Assembly: GCA_965213925.1 (NCBI GenBank)
Contig: OZ243927.1
Span: forward strand, 672,001 to 736,000
Direction: 5' to 3'
Length of the DNA stretch: 64,000 bases
Source of the DNA: Trueperaceae bacterium
Lineage (GTDB): Bacteria > Deinococcota > Deinococci > Deinococcales > Trueperaceae
Position numbers and translations under genes: made by a program. Shown one piece after another: positions 62,505 through 64,000 of this stretch (position 1 is its first letter; the number at the start of each line of letters is the position of its first letter). The notes under the pieces are model-generated. The model was not told the DNA's origin, did not search any database, and saw only the letters and a program-made list of their open reading frames with translations.

Positions 62505-62699
62505 TTAGACGCCGACCATGTCGGGCGCGGTTCGTCCTCGGCTGCGGCGGCGGGCGTTGCGCTTTAGAGCAGCGCGCATCTTTGCCCGCAGCATCTCCAC
62601 CTCGCCTACAGTGACGGTAACTTCCGCGCCTTCGGGCAGCGTCACGCCCTCGGGTAAGATAATCACGCCTCTTTCTACCAGTCCTTTATAAGCTCGCAT
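62505..62699 (-). CDS. Small protein, DUF104/AF2212-like N-terminus
   Basis: YKGLVERGVIILPEGVTLPEGAEVTV. Confidence 0.6.
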   Translation of the reverse strand: MRAYKGLVERGVIILPEGVTLPEGAEVTVTVGEVEMLRAKMRAALKRNARRRSRGRTAPDMVGV

Positions 62700-63117
62700 T
62701 CTGTTCCTCCTCAGCTAGCTCGAGCCGCAGCGCGGCGATCACTGTCTCGGTGGCTTCCGTGTCCTGTCCCGCTCTCCCTAACACACGTCTGTAAGACTCG
62801 AAAACGCGCAGGGCTTCGCGGGGGCGTCCGACTTCGATGAGCAAGTCGCCTAGATGCTCACCGTAGGAGAGAAAAGCGGCGGGGTCGCCCGCCCTAACGC
62901 GGCGTTTCGCTTGAATGGCGGCGATGCGCTCCTCTAAAATCTGGCGGCGCTCCACGCGGCTGCGCACCACGCCCCACGCGACAAGAAAAATCGCCGCCGC
63001 TACGGTTGTTATTATACTAAACCCTCTAGGCACCCCTAGCTCTTCGGCCAAGTTCACTAGGAAGGGAAAGGTAAAAGCGAGCGCCGCCAAAAGCGCGATG
63101 AGCGCGGCGTAGTTCAT
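62686..63117 (-). CDS. Hypothetical membrane protein with TPR-like C-terminus
   Basis: 2 TM segments then a helical domain; overlaps the next gene. Confidence 0.65.
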   Translation of the reverse strand: MNYAALIALLAALAFTFPFLVNLAEELGVPRGFSIITTVAAAIFLVAWGVVRSRVERRQILEERIAAIQAKRRVRAGDPAAFLSYGEHLGDLLIEVGRPREALRVFESYRRVLGRAGQDTEATETVIAALRLELAEEEQNASL

Positions 63118-63258
63118 CTAAAATCCAGAGGTCAGTTTGACCGCGCTACTCGTGTTCATCTGGTCCACGACGCTACTTTCTTCCATCCCCTCATCTTAAC
63201 GCGTTTTTGACCCCGTCATATCTTCATTTCGTCGGGTGCGTGCTAAAATAGCCGGAAT

Positions 63259-63987
63259 GTGAAGTCGGCGCAGCCAACCCCACCCACCGTACCTAGTGTG
63301 GAGAAGCCGGGGTCAACCCCCGAGCCCGCCGAAGTGCGCCGCGTACCCATGAGTTACGAGGCGTACCTGAGCTATGAGAATGAAAGCGTCCGTAGCGAAT
63401 GGGTGGACGGAGAGGTCGTCGTCTATGTGCCGCCGAAAGCCGAGCACCAACGTATTCTTGCTTTTCTCGAGCGTCTTCTCGCCCTCTTTGTCAATCTAAA
63501 AGGTTTAGGTGAGGTCAATATCGCGCCTTTCGAGGTCAAGCTGTGGGAGGAGGGTCCCTCGAGAGAGCCCGATATCTTCTTCGTCAGCCAGGCGTCGCGC
63601 TCCAGATTCAGCCCCGAGCGCTTTAGCGGCGCACCCGAACTCGTCACAGAGATTATCTCACCGAGCAGCCTCCATATCGACCGAAACACGAAACCCCGCG
63701 AGTACGAGCGGGCGGGCGTGAAGGAGTACTGGGTCATCGACTCGAGACCCGACAAGGCGCGCGCGGACTTCTTCAAATTAGATGACACGAACCGCTATGA
63801 CCTCTTCGCTACTGAGACCGATGAGACGGTCACGTCCGAGGTCGTAGAGGGCTTTTGGTTGCGCCCTGAGTGGCTCTGGCAACCTGACCTTAATTCCCTA
63901 AAAGCGCTTGCAGAAATCGTCGGCAAAGAGGCGCTGATCGAGGCGTTGCAGAGTGATATGGAGGAGGGCTCAAGCGAACCCTCCTAA
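63259..63987 (+). CDS. Uma2 family endonuclease, copy C (divergent)
   Basis: EWVDGEV, EPDIFFV, PELVTEIISP, GVKEYWVID. Confidence 0.9.
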   Translation: MKSAQPTPPTVPSVEKPGSTPEPAEVRRVPMSYEAYLSYENESVRSEWVDGEVVVYVPPKAEHQRILAFLERLLALFVNLKGLGEVNIAPFEVKLWEEGPSREPDIFFVSQASRSRFSPERFSGAPELVTEIISPSSLHIDRNTKPREYERAGVKEYWVIDSRPDKARADFFKLDDTNRYDLFATETDETVTSEVVEGFWLRPEWLWQPDLNSLKALAEIVGKEALIEALQSDMEEGSSEPS

Positions 63988-64000
63988 TTCCCGACAAGGA

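Overview
Origin-proximal chromosomal region of a GC-rich bacterium, most likely Deinococcota (Truepera-like). The basis is the dnaA-oriC-dnaN-(insert)-eno-pyk order, dnaA divergent from mnmG-rsmG-parA-parB, and many TANNNT-N5-7-ATG leaderless starts. The window holds oriC (13 DnaA boxes plus a DnaA-trio-like element), three parS sites, central-metabolism genes (eno, pyk, mdh, icd, sucCD), a siroheme/sulfite-reductase/CysH cluster, a K+-independent H+-PPase, ppk2, rqcH-like, prfA, moeA, mog, surE and rsmI. Accessory items are a ParDE-like TA pair with orphan Imm26, three Uma2 genes, an S1 protease pseudogene and an insertion-split DUF429 gene. The most notable unannotated signals are: (1) a 27-aa Cys-rich leader peptide (..CCRSLCCS*) upstream of sulfite reductase, suggesting cysteine attenuation; (2) strong window-wide over-representation of AAGAGGT and CTCGAG; (3) a candidate ~103-nt sRNA with an anti-SD-like seed, sharing a direct-repeat promoter architecture with two other loci; (4) a three-way-junction RNA upstream of hppA; (5) an ORF-less IS200/IS605-like element; and (6) several dispersed palindromic repeat families. 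No rRNA, tRNA or CRISPR array was seen. Family assignments come from motif recognition by eye, not database searches, and motif counts are manual.
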